Source: Vicugna vicugna (Eukaryota). Taken from it: a stretch of DNA of 64,000 bases. Numbering within the stretch: position 1 is the first letter of the stretch; each line of letters starts with the position of its first letter. The stretch covers positions 4,827,535 to 4,891,534 of the forward strand of contig MU058844.1 in assembly GCA_013265495.1 (NCBI GenBank). The letters run 5' to 3'. The translations under genes were made by a program, and so were the position numbers. The notes beneath the pieces were generated by a model. The model was given only the letters and a program-made list of their open reading frames with translations. It searched no databases and was not told the origin of the DNA. This document shows positions 37,927-51,463 of this stretch, one piece after another.

Positions 37927-38479
37927 AAATGAATAAAGTACATATATAAATCAATACAAAAACAATAAAATATATAAAACAAAATTTTCAAGATACATTA
38001 GAAAATGCTATGCTGTTGCATGATAATAATTTGGAATTTTAATTAAGTTAAATGATTTTCTTCAGATATCTGTAAAGCAACGTCATACATAAAACATGAA
38101 CCAACCAGACCAATAACTGTGGAAGAAATTGAACATGTTGCCAAAGTGCTATTCTTACAAAGTACAGAATGAATTGATTTTAGATTGTTTCAAATCTTTT
38201 AAAAACCTTCTGTATTTGGTATGTTGAACATCTATAAAGAAAACTGATAATCTCTATCCATTCTCTGAGGCATATATAAAAGAGGTATACACTCCTTTCT
38301 AGATCAATCACACATATTATCTAGTTCCATTGTTAAATATACTATCATATATGTATAAATTTTGCATATGAACTAGATGTTTAAATAATACACATTACTG
38401 TTAAAATTAAAATATAGAAAAATTACATTAAAATATTTGCAACATCCTAAGCACAATTTTAGGAAATGTATAAAAGAAC

Positions 38480-38940
38480 AAGATATCTAAACAATCAAGT
38501 AGACACAGAGGAGAGAAGACTCTTCCGGAAAAAGAACAAGAATATCATAAGAAATTCACATTTACTCTGGAGTAAGTTGAGGAGGTGAGGGTGGGTACTC
38601 ACGGGTGAATCTGAGGAATAAAGTTGCAAGCACGTTGTAGAAGGGCTTATATATGCCATGCCTAGAAGTTTGGGATTTAGCCTTCATCTTAGGCAAAGAC
38701 TACTAGAGTTTTTTAATCTGCAGAGTGACATGATCAGATATATTTTTCAGAAAGATAGGTATGCCAACATTGTGGAGGACGGACAATAATCAGAAGAGAG
38801 TGTTGTCAGGATAAGGAGTTAAGGTCAAAAAAGAAGATCATAACGTATAGGACTAAGATACAGCAATGAGGACTAAGTTGAAATCATACGAGAAATTTCT
38901 GATGAAGAATTCACTGGACGTGGAAGGAAAATGGACACTG
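38480..38940 (-). mobile_element. L2 fragment
   Basis: GAAGGGCTTATATATGCCATGCCTAGAAGTTTGGGATTTA...GAGTGACATGATCAGATATATTTTTCAGAAAGAT is typical antisense L2. Confidence 0.7.
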
Positions 38941-39894
38941 CAGTAAATGAAACAGTCCAATTTATTCAGAAAATTTTTAGTATACAAGGATGGGCAAATG
39001 GTCACCTCATTTACTTAGGGAACACAAAAGACCCTGACAATATGGAGTTAAATATAATGTAATTAGCTTTGGACTTCTTGAACTTCAGGAAGAATAAATA
39101 CATATGAGTCAATAAAAATATGATCAGCAAGTTAATATATGCCAACATGTGTCTGAAATAATCAGTGAAAATTTTAGGCCACAAAATTCTACTTACATTT
39201 CTGATGACATTAATGTAAAAATTACCATATATGCCTATAAAGTATGAGAAGACACTCATGAAAAACAATAAATATTTGTCATCTTCAAGTGAGAAGATTT
39301 TAGTTGTAAATTATTAAAGTTTTGAATGTCTTGTCATTCAGTAGTTACCCAGCATGAAAAAAAGCTAATATTGTTAAGTATAATGTTATGGAAGAAATAT
39401 ATTTTTAAAGTCAGTTTTGGGATTCACCAAAAACATACATTTCTGCTTTCACATATTTAATAAGATGGAGATGATCTTGCTAGATGAACAAAAGAAATTT
39501 TGGATTGACTCATTGGAGACATCAAAATCTTTAGCCTAATTAAAAAATTGCCTTATAATTAAATAGTTACTGAGACCTGTTATGTTTTCATGAATATATT
39601 TTTGGTGGCTATAGTTAAATTTTGACAAATGGAAGATTCAGAATTTTAAATGATATTAGCATCCTACAACTCTAATAATTTGCTATGTTCCTAGCCTAAA
39701 AGCTTATAATATTGGTAGCTCCTGAATAATATTTTAGAGTTGACAGTAAGTCATAAATAGTAATATTTGCATCACAATCTGCAAAGTTTCTCACAGTTCA
39801 CATAATGCCAGAACTTAGAGTAAATGGAAATCAGAAATGCCAAGATTTAGAAACTTCTGAAAACTGATGGCTGACATTTTCATTTCAAGGAGAT

Positions 39895-40575
39895 ATAATA
39901 TGATGCAAGAATGGCAAAATCGCCCTGGGATATTCTTTTCCCCAATCCATAACCCTAACCTAACAATGAAAAAAAATATCAGACAAACCAAATTGAGGGG
40001 CAGCCTTCAAAATTTCTGGCATTACTCTTCAGAAATGTCAAGGTTCCATAAGAAAAAGAGCGTGAAAAAATATGCAAATAAGAAGAAACTAAGGACACAT
40101 GACCTCTAAGTACAATGTGCCATCCTAGATTGGATCCTGAAACAGAAAAAGAACACTGGTAGAAAAACTGGGGAACTCTGAATAAAATCTATAGTTTGGT
40201 TTAGAAATCTGCGGTCTGTAGCCCCTGGGCCAAGTCAGTCCAGCTGCTTATTTTAAAGTTTGAGTGCAGCGCAGCCATACCTGTTTGTTTATTTTATGTA
40301 TTGTTCATGTAAAGGCTGCATTCAGGCTACCAGGGAAGAATTTATTATTTGAGACCATTTGGCCCACAAGCCTAAAATAATAAGTGGCTATTTACAGAAT
40401 TTATTTACCTCTCATTTAGTTAATAGTATTCTGTTAATATTAATTTCTTAGCTTTGATCATTGTTTCATAATCATGTAAGATGTTAACTCTAGGTGAAGA
40501 GTATGCAGGAGCACTCTGTATTCTATGACGCTTTGTATGAATCTAAAATTATTTCAAAATAAAAAATTTTAAAAA
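39895..40575 (+). mobile_element. L1MC/MD 3' UTR with nested MER58A (about 40200-40415)
   Basis: CCATAACCCTAACCTAACAATGA...AGACAAACCAAATTGAGGG; GATTGGATCCTGAAACAGAAAAAG; end AATCTAAAATTATTTCAAAATAAAAA. MER58-like CATTTGGCCCACAAGCCTAAAATA lies inside. Confidence 0.85.
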
Positions 40576-40584
40576 AGATGTAAC

Positions 40585-40770
40585 GGTTTAGAGTTCTGGT
40601 GTTGGAGCCAGTCAGAACTAGATTTAAATCTCAGCTTTACGCCCTAAGTGCTGTGTGATTTTCATCTCTAAAATTTGGATAATAGTACCTACTCACATAA
40701 GGTACTTGCCGACAGTAGTTGTGATGGCGTACTTATGGCCACTGCGCATGATAAGCTCAATTCATGATGA
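40585..40770 (+). mobile_element. MIR SINE
   Basis: GGTTTAGAGTTCTGGTGTTGGAGCCAG...TTCATCTCTAAAATTTGGATAATAGTACCTAC. Confidence 0.7.
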
Positions 40771-42623
40771 TTTACATGTAATAATGGTAGTTTTCACAAT
40801 ATTACAAAGTATAGTAATGGCATAGGAAAATATGTTTGCCCTAAAAAATATCAATCCTTGCAGGTCAGTTATTTTCTATTTTTACTTTATGGAATGGGTT
40901 GTCTCAAACCTACTGGGATTGGTAGACATTTATGGAGGAAGAGAGCTGTAATTTGCTGGTGAAATCAAGAAAGAGTATATCCATTTTCATTTTGATGGAG
41001 ATTTCTGAACAACTGTGCTGCCCAGAATTAATGAATCATTCACTGAGGCTTAGACTAATTCCAGGAAAATAAATAAATGAAGGAAGCTATTCAGAAAATA
41101 TACATTTATCCATGATCAGAAGTGAATGATTTATTTAACTTAAATATAATACTCTTTAAGATTCATATAGAACAAAATTAACTACTTAAAATCATACAAT
41201 TTTAGAACAAGTAGGGATTTTACTAATCAATTAATTCAAGTGATAAGCTCTTCTCATTTTTCAATATAGTCTTCTTATTTTTCAGTATAGTATTTATTAA
41301 AGATCATGTAAATAGTGCTGATCTGAAACTAAAATTTGTCTCATTGCACCAGAGCACATAAGATATGACTGTATTTTATAAATTACATCTCAATCCTATG
41401 AATAGATCTTAAACGTTTAGGAGAAGAATTTTACCTGTGTGTGTGTTTGATAATAAACTGCTGTCCCTCAGAGACATTGTTATAATTTGTTCTGCCAAAC
41501 ACATTGAATGATTGAAAAAGTAACCTCATAGTCAACATGGAGAACTCTAGCGACTTTTGTGGCTGATACAGAGTTGAATTAATTACATATCCTTTTTGAG
41601 ATCTGTTAAACCTCCAGTATTATTTTCTACAATCTTCAGTCTTAACTATCCAAATGCAATAGTCACTTTTTATGGCAATCAGACTAAATTGTTTCATGTC
41701 TCTTTAGATCTGAGAATAATTTAATGTGAAATACTGGTTTTGCATATTTTATGGTATTAGATATTAAAGTTACAAGCAATTGTTTCCATATCTTTTTCAC
41801 AGTCAATTTAAATCTACTCTTTGAGTTCCTCTGCTCTTTATAGTTTTATTTCTCATTTTTTCCAATTTGCTTATTCACTATACTATTCACATATTTTGGA
41901 AGCTTAGAGTCTGGATTATAGCGCTAAGACTTAAAAAACAAAAAACAAAAAAACAGTGCTCTCCAAAGAAGAAAGCTAATTAAAATTGGTACCATGAGAG
42001 TTCTACCCCAAAATGGCACTCTTCTTTTCTTTTGGAAGATACCAGTTTTTTCACATGACATTCTTCCACAAAAAAGTCAGAAGTAATCTCAGTGCCTTCT
42101 CAATACAGAAGTCCATACAACCTTTACTGTTAAAACTACCACAAATTGTAATCATTTTGCTATGCCTACATTTGAACTATTTTTTATATTATGATGCAAA
42201 TTCTACTTCTTTGGAGGTGAGCCTGAAGACACTGATGTGCCATCTGCATGATTCTGCAGCTACAAACATCAATGCAAGTCAACAAAATTAAAAAATAATC
42301 TGAGTCCTATATTCTAGTAGACACTAGGACTTTTGTAAAGATGGACAGAATACACGATCTCACTTTTCAGTTCACAGCACTATATATGGATTTAACACAT
42401 GTCTCATTTTGTCCTTGGAAAATTTTTTTCAACCATGGATCATATATCCATTTTACAGATGAGGACAATTTAGACATTTGTTTAAGATTACTGTTTTAAG
42501 TTACTAAACTGGGACTTGCAAAATCTGAATGATTCCAAAGCCCACATTTGGAGTTCACTCAGAACTTTCCATGCAAATACATGATAAACATCCTCTCAGC
42601 CCACATAGTACTTCCTCCCAATT

Positions 42624-42707
42624 TACCATGCTCACACTCCATCAGACACAACATTCAGTGGTAACTACCATGCTCACACTCCATCAGACACAACATTCAG
42701 TGGTAAC
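42624..42707. repeat. Perfect 42-bp tandem duplication
   Basis: TACCATGCTCACACTCCATCAGACACAACATTCAGTGGTAAC occurs twice (42624-42665 and 42666-42707). Confidence 0.98.
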
Positions 42708-43379
42708 ATAGAACTTTTCCTGTTATACTTCAAGACGTGATTTTCATAAAGAAAGTGAAGTGAATTTGAGTCTTAAAGAATGAGAATGATTATTTTAAAG
42801 TCAACAGAGAGTGATAAGTAAATCCACTCACACAATAATTTATGTATTCATTTACCAAACAATTATTTGTTGTCTACAATATTCCAGGGGATATTCTACA
42901 TTCTGGGGGTTCAATGACAGGAGAACATGTATCACCTGTAAGACATTTTATTTAAGAAAAGAAAAGAAAGCTTAATACAGATATAGTTTAAGTCAGGGGG
43001 AATCTAGCAATGGGATCAAAGCTTTGATTAGTGGTCACATCTTTTAGAGGCTTTTATATGTATATATACCATACTGAAAAATTTGGATTTGATTTGACAG
43101 GATAAAGACAGTCAATTGAGTGTCTTAAGTAAGGCAGCGGACAGTTTATACAGTGTTCCAGTTTCAGAACCATCACTGAAAAATTGCGAGAAATTATACA
43201 AATGCATGAAAGTGGTTATTCTATCATTTTCTCATTTTGTGTTAGAATGGTAATTATCAGTGCACCCCTGCTGTGTGCATGAGAGAGATTTATTTAAAAA
43301 ATTTAAGAAAGCACACTTTTGGAGGTATTATGATTTTTAGTCACATGTTTGAGCAATGGAAAATATGTAAGTTTATTAT

Positions 43380-43960
43380 TAAAGTTTAAATACAGTGAAA
43401 AATCCCCTGAATCCTTCATCCATATCAGCTTTGACCCATTTCTCTTTACAATAAGACTCTTCAAAAAATTGCCTAATAATCACTGTCTATACTTTCTCCC
43501 TTCCAAATCATTACATGTTCACTGGAGAGACCTTTCAGCAACATCTGATCCAGTGTTCCTCCTTGAAACATGGTACTAGAAGTGCTGCTTCTTCCACTGT
43601 GTTAATTGCTCCTTCTTAATCTCCTTTGATGGCTTCTCCTCATCTTCATGACCCATATAGCTAGTGAAGGGGTCCATTGCCTAGCCTCTGCATCTCTCCT
43701 TTCTATCTTCTCCTGTAATCCCTGTTCTTTTCTTTTCCTCCCCCGGGGGATCACATCCATTCATCTGCTCATTCATTATGTTCACACTGTGTTTATGTTT
43801 ATTGTCCTTATCATAACCCAACAAAATATGTGCTTATTTGTTTATTCCCTCATAAGTCCATGAGAGCATGTAGTATGTCTGTTTCATTCACTGCTACACT
43901 CCTGTAATGAAAAAAAGTGTCTGATACATAGTATTTGCTCAACAAATATTGTGACTAAAT
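43380..43960 (+). mobile_element. L2 fragments including the 3' end
   Basis: ATAAGTCCATGAGAGCATGTAGTATGTCTGTTTCATTCACTGCTAC...TGCTCAACAAATATTG. Confidence 0.7.
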
Positions 43961-46900
43961 TAGTATGTTAAAGGAATTACTCAGTCTTTAAAGATTTGCC
44001 AAATATAGTTAGATTGAATTTGAAACATATTTGGAATCTAAATTTTAGTGACATTAAGTTTTCCTGTTTTGTCAGTTGACTAAAATAGTTTTATTGAAAA
44101 TAAAATTGAAAAACAAATATTTATACCAGAATATATCACTATTTAAAATATAGAGTAATAGAGTTAAAATAACTGTATGAAAGTAGAGTTAAAAAACATT
44201 TTATATTAAAACGTTCTTTTTCCTTTTATGATTAGAATTTGATTTCTTTTCAAAATTAACTTAAAATCAGCCAAGCAAGTTAGATGAAATGCTATCCAGC
44301 ACAGCCCAATTATTTCATAACAAACTCTAAACCATATTTCAAGAAAATCAATTCAATGTTGTCTCTGAAAACTTATCAGCTAAAATAACCATACAAAACT
44401 GATCAGACATTTTTTACCTTAATCAAAAGTGCTCCAGGGTTTGTAATCAGAATAATTTATTTTTTTTAAGTTTATGTAACCTACTTTGCTTTATTTCACT
44501 TTATACAAAGAATGGAGAAAAGCAGCCTTCTAAGACAAATGTCAGAATGTTGTAATTTCAGAAAAAATAGTAGTATGATAGGCTTCTTCACTTTCTATAC
44601 AGGTATAAAATGTTCTTATTGAATATGTCATTTAGCATTTTAAAAATGAATAGCTTTAATTTATTTTTTCTTTGACCTTTGTACCAAAATCTCTTTATAC
44701 TCTGAGACTTCTGTCTAATCTTGACATGGTGAGGTTTTTATCCTCAACAAGTTTTATAAAATTGGTAGAATAAAAACACAAATGAGCAAAAAATATGACC
44801 ACTTGAAGAGAAATTCTAGCATACCTTTTGCCAAGTAACAAAGTATAAAATTCTCCCAAATTCCTTATGTAACAAGCAGGCCAGAGTCAACTAATTTCTC
44901 TCTAAATCAGAGAGTAAGCAAAACAAAATAATGGTACTTGAGAAAAAAAAATGACGTATTTATACAAGCCTGTATATAGACAGTTATCTTGCCTGAGGAA
45001 AAAAAGCAAAGAGATTAAATTATGAAAATTATATAATCTGGATTTTGTTTTTTGTTCCTCCTCCCCGTGCTCTACATACCCCCCACTCCATTCCTCCTCC
45101 TCATTCTTTTAACTTGGAATCTACCTTACCTAGTATTCCTAAGACAAAATGGAGTGGATGTACATACATTTTAGGGGAAAACAAGTTCAGAGCTGAGTAC
45201 ATTTGCCAAAGCACTCTATTTTAATATAGATACATTTGTCTCACCTCAAAGATTCTGGTTAACTTTAAACTCAAGTAAATTAAGTAGCAGTTTATCCAAA
45301 AGATTAAAAATTTCTTTGTCCAAGCTGTAGACTCTTTTACTCTTTATATATCATATATTAATTTTTTTCTCTTCAATTTTATATGCATTAATGACTAAGT
45401 GATTTTGTGACCTGTGAAATAAATTGCACTTTACTGTGCTTCTATGTGTCTCTCATGCCTGCATACATAAGGAAAATTCAGAATTTGCATGTTAGGTTAA
45501 ATAACAGAGACGGAGAGATGGTTTCCAGAGGCCTAGGCTCAGGGAGGGAAGTAGCATAAATTGAGCCTGCATTCTGATAGATGGCTAGCTCTCTTACACA
45601 TGTGATAGCCCTGACTCAATAAGATACTCCTGTGATTAAGCAGTTATTGTTTTGTTATCCTAATAGATATTCCATTTGTCTTACATACGTGATAGCATTT
45701 GATAAATGATATCTCCATGATTAAGCAATTATTATTTGTGTGATCCTCATTGTTTCAGATGAGGAGATAAAAGTCCTAAGTTAAAAAAGGTTGAACCAAA
45801 TTTCGCCTGACCAAATCCTGCCATATCACAGCATCAAGTTGATTGCCTTTAGAGTCCTTAGATCAGTGCAGTCATTTGGCCCTTTGCTTGTCCGGAAAAT
45901 ACTTGACATCTTTCGTTTTTTAAGGTATTGAGGAGAATAAAAAGAGGAAGGCTTCAAAGACACATTGAATGTAATCATGACAAGCGTACAGAATACCATA
46001 ATACTGAGCAAAAGTATTTGGCACCATAAACCAGACATAAAAATTCAACCACAATAAATGAAATTCTCACCAATCAGTCTTTTCCTGGAAAAATTCATAA
46101 TGAATATGATTGACAAATTCTTTTTCTAAGCATGTCATGTTCCTGCTCCAAATAAGCATTAGCAATTCAACATTGCTTACTGTTCTATGCTTGGACTCCA
46201 CTTATTTTTTTCTGCTTCACTTCTTACCATTCTTTTAATAAATACTTTAGACTAATGGTCTTTAAAATGCTTATTAGGCACTCTTAACAAAAGGAAAAAA
46301 ATAGCCCCTCACTCTCCAATATGAGTATGTTTCTATTTATTAATTGTACATATGTACTGCTATTCATTCGTTAATTTTATTCACAATACATTCTTTGAGT
46401 GAAGTTAATGTTAATAGACATAATCCATATTTCAAATAGTGTTATAGATAATTTTGAATATTTTTCTGTCATTTTTAACCTTGTAGAACAATTTTTTTAG
46501 AATTTCTTTATTTCACTTTTAAGTTTGCAAAGTTTTCAAAATAGTGGCAACATCTTATTTAAAAGGCAAAGTAATGTAGCAGAAGAATAATCCTATATTA
46601 CATAACAACATTTATCTCACCCTGGCCAGTTAATTCTTCCTTAAACTATAAAATAAACTCTTTGACTGATACTCACTTTTATGGTTTGTAAGTTTATTTG
46701 GAAAACTGTATTTTGAAAATAAACTAGCAGAATTAGAAAAGAATGGAGAGACCTACAAAAAGAGTAATAGTGTGAACCATGTTTATTTTAGAAAAAAAGT
46801 GTGACAAAATCATAAACAAACTGTTAAAATGGAAGGAAAGGAAAGGGATAAAACAGAGCTGTAGCAAAATTAAAGAGATGAGACGAAAAGGAAAAAATGA

Positions 46901-47008
46901 ATATTATTAAATTCTTTTGTTAGAAATCATTTGTGTCCATTGAAGTTTCTTTTTTCAAGCTTTAGTTGTCATCTAGTCCAACTTCTCTGTTTTATGGTTG
47001 AAGAAACT

Positions 47009-47784
47009 TTTTTGTTTGGGGACAAATTATGCTCAGAGACAGAGATTGTCTTTGCCAATATTTTATTTAACACTAGTTCACTGTGGGGATTATAATAATT
47101 TCACAAGACAATAGCATACGAGATACTGTCTCTTAATAAGCCAATAAAGAAATAGCACACACCATACCAATGATAGATCAATTATACTACTGTTCCAGGA
47201 AAGGGGAGATAAAAAGAATAAAGTCCAAATTTAGAAGAGGTGTGTACCTTTCTACCAGTTGGTCCTTAGGGGAGTTGGCTTAGACAACCAAGAGCTGACA
47301 GTTCAGCTGCTGCAACAAAGGAGAAAGTCCCTTGTCGCTAGAACATGTTGCTAGGAAACAAAGACATGGGTGTTGACCAGCAGGATGATCTTTTGGGGGC
47401 CCCTGCATGGTTTTCACCACTGCTGGTAAAATAGAAGCTTTTTCCCTGGCAGGAGCTAAAGCCTTAAGGTCTTTGAAGAGCTATTTAGGACAGCGAAGAG
47501 TTACTTTGCCCAGACCAAACACTCCCAGATAGTCCTCACAAACTCGGTGTTTATATCTAGATGTCTCCTCCCCATAGTTGCTTCCCCTTGTGTTCTTACT
47601 GATAAGCCCCCCGTGCCCCACCTGTCAGCCTCTGAGCTACTGAGTGCTTATCAGCAACCACAGATGTCAGTGCCAACATCCTGACACAATTCACATTTCT
47701 TTCAGAACAACTTCACTGATAAAAACAGCTTCATTTTTGTTATAAACAAGTGAATGTGAAATCATACCAAACCACTACACAACA
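47009..47784 (-). repeat. 3' LTR of the provirus
   Basis: Minus strand begins TGTTGTGTAGTGGTTTGG. TATA-like GATATAAAC near 47549-47557 and AATAAA near 47063-47068. About 84% identical to the other LTR over a ~210-bp block aligned by eye. Confidence 0.93.
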
Positions 47785-47918
47785 ATCTGCCCTGTGATTT
47801 CAAATCACTCACACACTAATTAATCCTAAGGACCCAATGCCCTATACCAACCTAAATTCACAAAAATATCAATCCACCCAGTGATTCTTCATCACTCACA
47901 GTCTGATTTCCCTTTAAT

Positions 47919-49170
47919 TTAATTCCCCATAGTTTTGTTACTACAAACCATTATTAAGTAAATTCCTAATATTACTGGCAAAAGCATAACAAAGCATTCT
48001 TTAATACAGTACCAAATCCAATCATTGAAAGACCGAAAATTTTCTAAATCACTCAGTTAAGCTTCCTTGACAATTTTGTTTCCATGTAAAAGCCATTTTT
48101 ATGAAGCTCCAGGGGTACAGGCTTGCATAGTACTATCAAGCACGTGTTCTGTTGCCACAACATCAGAATTCAAGGCTGTCATTAGTTTAGGGGATGCATA
48201 TTTTTGTTCTCTTTTCAATTCCTGCCAAGTTACTTTGATACTTTGATTTTATTTGTCTCATCTTCCAGGTTTCTTAAGTTTTTTTTCTTTTTTAACTTGT
48301 CTTAAGTTTTCTAAATTATGAGTTACATTTATTAATTTTAGAAGGTTCCTGTGAACTATTTCTCCAGTTATTTTAATGTTTCCTTTATCTTCTATTGACC
48401 TCAAATCATATCTCTATCCTTCTATTGTCACATTCATTACCTACTCTACTTTTACATATCCCATCATGTTGTGTTTTTTATTTTTCTCCTGCTTCTAATA
48501 GGTTAGGGTTTGGCTTAGAGCTTACTATCATGATTTCCATTATCCATACATAATGAGTTGAAGAGTCAGCAAGGCATCATCGTGGGTCCTTGTACTGTAG
48601 GTATATCCAAAGGTCTAGCAGTGATAATGGTATTTTAATTCTATTCCACCAATATAGCCTCAGGAACATGTTTTTTTTTCTATCATAAGGGGGCTTTCTG
48701 TGTCCTGTAGGCTCTACTATCTCTTTTGATATTGGGACACCACAGAAGTGGGGTAACCCAATGTCACATTTCCTCCTTTAAGTGCCAATATCCTGATTTC
48801 ACAGTTGCCCAATTCAGAATAATGGCAAAACGGCTATTGCTGGCACTATCAGAGAAATAACCATGACTTCAATGGGTATGGCATCCAATCATGAGCAATA
48901 AGCAAAATAGTTTGGCCAGCAGGCAGCATGCCACACTGACCCAGTTAGCAATATTTGTAGGGTATAAAATGCATATCAGATTCATGCTTGCAAAAAAAAA
49001 AAGATAGCATCATATAAATTTCTAAATCTTCCTTGTTGTTCTTCTTGACACTCAAGGAAATAGTTATTACGGTCTTTTCTGCCAGTGTTGCCCACACAAG
49101 TCTCCCTATACCATGCTAGGCTAAATATTATGCATTCAGTAATAATGCTGAACAAAAATGTGTCCACTGT
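47919..49170 (-). pseudogene. env-like remnant of the provirus
   Basis: Lies between integrase and the 3' LTR. Starts with a signal-peptide-like segment (FLFSIITECIIFSLAW) and ends with a Trp-rich plus hydrophobic segment (FNDWIWYCIKECFVMLLPVILGIYLIMVC). Many stops and frameshifts in between. Confidence 0.5.
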
Positions 49171-49299
49171 TAAATTTTATAGAGGTATACATATTATTTT
49201 CTAATTTGGTGTAGTATGTTTTTTCCTTCAGTCACTCAGCAGGTTTTATTAGTGGCAGGTGTTATAATTTTCCCAGTACTATATATAGTATTATGTTTT

Positions 49300-51432
49300 A
49301 AAATTAATGCTTTTCCTTTTAATTTCGATTCTAGGGGTGTTATTAGTGCTAATTCTTATCTCTGTGGGTGCCTGCAATATTAATTCAGTGGGAGTTTTTC
49401 CATCCTTTCTACGCCTGTGGTTTAGAGATTTTGTCATCTCTCAGGTCTCTCAGGTTGCTTTAGTCCAAGCTTTATCTAGGTTGTTTGTAGGCAAGCTAAG
49501 CTTTTGCTTGAGCAAGCCATTACATCTTTCAGTTGATGCAGAGGCAGTTAAATTGCAGGGTAAATGAAGGTTCCACATTATGCCCTGTTCTTTGGGTAAA
49601 TCTATTATTTTTTCCTATGAAGTGAACGTCCTAATCTGATTCCATGATGACTGGCAGGCCATAACATACAATCCATATTTCTAGTGCATTGTTGATCTTT
49701 AATTATTTATCTTGAAAGGATAGCGTAATCCTATTACTGACCATGTATTTATGATGGTTCCTGCATGTGGTATGTTCTCTGATATAGGCAAGAGTCCTGC
49801 ATAATTAATTTGTATAGTTTGGAAGGGTCTGTCATTTTGATCTTATCTGGAGTATTCATTCATGACCTCCAAGTTTAAAATTTTGGCAATTCTCTTGTTT
49901 CTTACTTTTTAATTAGAGGTATTTGATGGGTATATACAGTTTCTTTTCTCTAACCATGTTCTAGCGCCATTTATGCCAGCATAGCCTGTTTTGTGATGTA
50001 CCCACGTGATGACTGTATCAATTGACATATCTGTGTGTTCAGGATTTATGTTCCATTGTCCTTCTCATTTATATATGGTTATATTTTGAATTGGTTTTAT
50101 CTTTGCCTGTGAATCACTGTGTTTCTTATGATGAATCCTGTGAATCCTTGCCTCATTACTTGTCCTGGTAAGTTTGTCTACCTGATTATTAAATGTCCTC
50201 CTGATGTGCACAGACCTGTGTGATGACTCTGGACATATCAGCCTTTGCTGTTTTCTGCCAAATGCTCTTACCCAATATGTCCTCATTTCCTATTTCCAGT
50301 CATTTTCTTTTTATGTTCCTGACCAAATAGCTGTTCCGCTAACTACTGCCCATGAGTCTGAGAAAAGACATACCTCATTCTGATTTCACTTAACAGATTG
50401 TTCAATTGTCAATTTTACGACTATAAATTCAGCATTTTGTGCTGATTCTTCCAAGCCTGATTCTGTCAGGTCAGAACATCATTAGTCCTCAAGGCCTTAG
50501 CCTGCCAGTATCCTCCAGATGGTGTCACAAAGGCTACACCACTGTAAATCATGCATTTTTGAGTGCCATGAACCTGGGTGGTCCCCACTGCCAAATTGCT
50601 TAAGCTTGGATAGGCTTACTCTTGGAAGTTCCAGAAAGTCCACTATTGGCATTGCTGAGATTTCCTCAGTTAATGCAGAGGGTCCACCATCCATCTGTCT
50701 TGCTCAGAAATACAGAATTGGCCATGTTAGGATTTTATGGTCAAGAGGAGCTCCCACCTGTTTGTCAGGGGTGTGTTTTGCCCAAGCCTGAATAGGCTGT
50801 TGGATTATAATTGTATTATTTTCCGTTAGTGGCTCTGTAATTTGTAGGGTCTCATAGAATTACCAGGTGAGCCTTTCAACTGTTTGATATATATTTTCAC
50901 ACCGTAAGAACTTTTTCGTCCAATTTGGTAAAATTCAGCATCCTGCAGTATTTTAGTTTACAGTGCTATGCTGCAAACCCTTATGAGTATAGGCACTCTA
51001 GTTTACACTTAGAGTCCTTATTAGATGGTGCCAATTTGTTGAAAGTTCTTACAGCATTTTTCGAATGAGTAAAGGCTTCCTCTAGAGTCTCCGTCCATCT
51101 AGATTTTTCACTCTTCCTAGTTATTTCATAGATCAGTTTTAAAATCATCTGCTTATGTGGTATGTACTATTTCTTATATCCAATCAGTCCTATCCAGTTT
51201 CTAAGCTTCTTCTTTTGTCATGGGATTTGGTATGCAATTCATCTTGACTAGGTCTTGGCATTTTCCTACCTTCAGAGGACCAAATTACACCTACAACTTT
51301 TACTTGGACTTGCTTGGGTTAATCATCCATCCTCTGAGTATAAGGAATTCAGTGAACTTTATCTTGACCCTAGTTTGTTCTTCCAAGTTATTATCATAAA
51401 TAAGGATGTCATCAATATAAGAAATAATAGTT

Positions 51433-51463
<31 letters not shown>

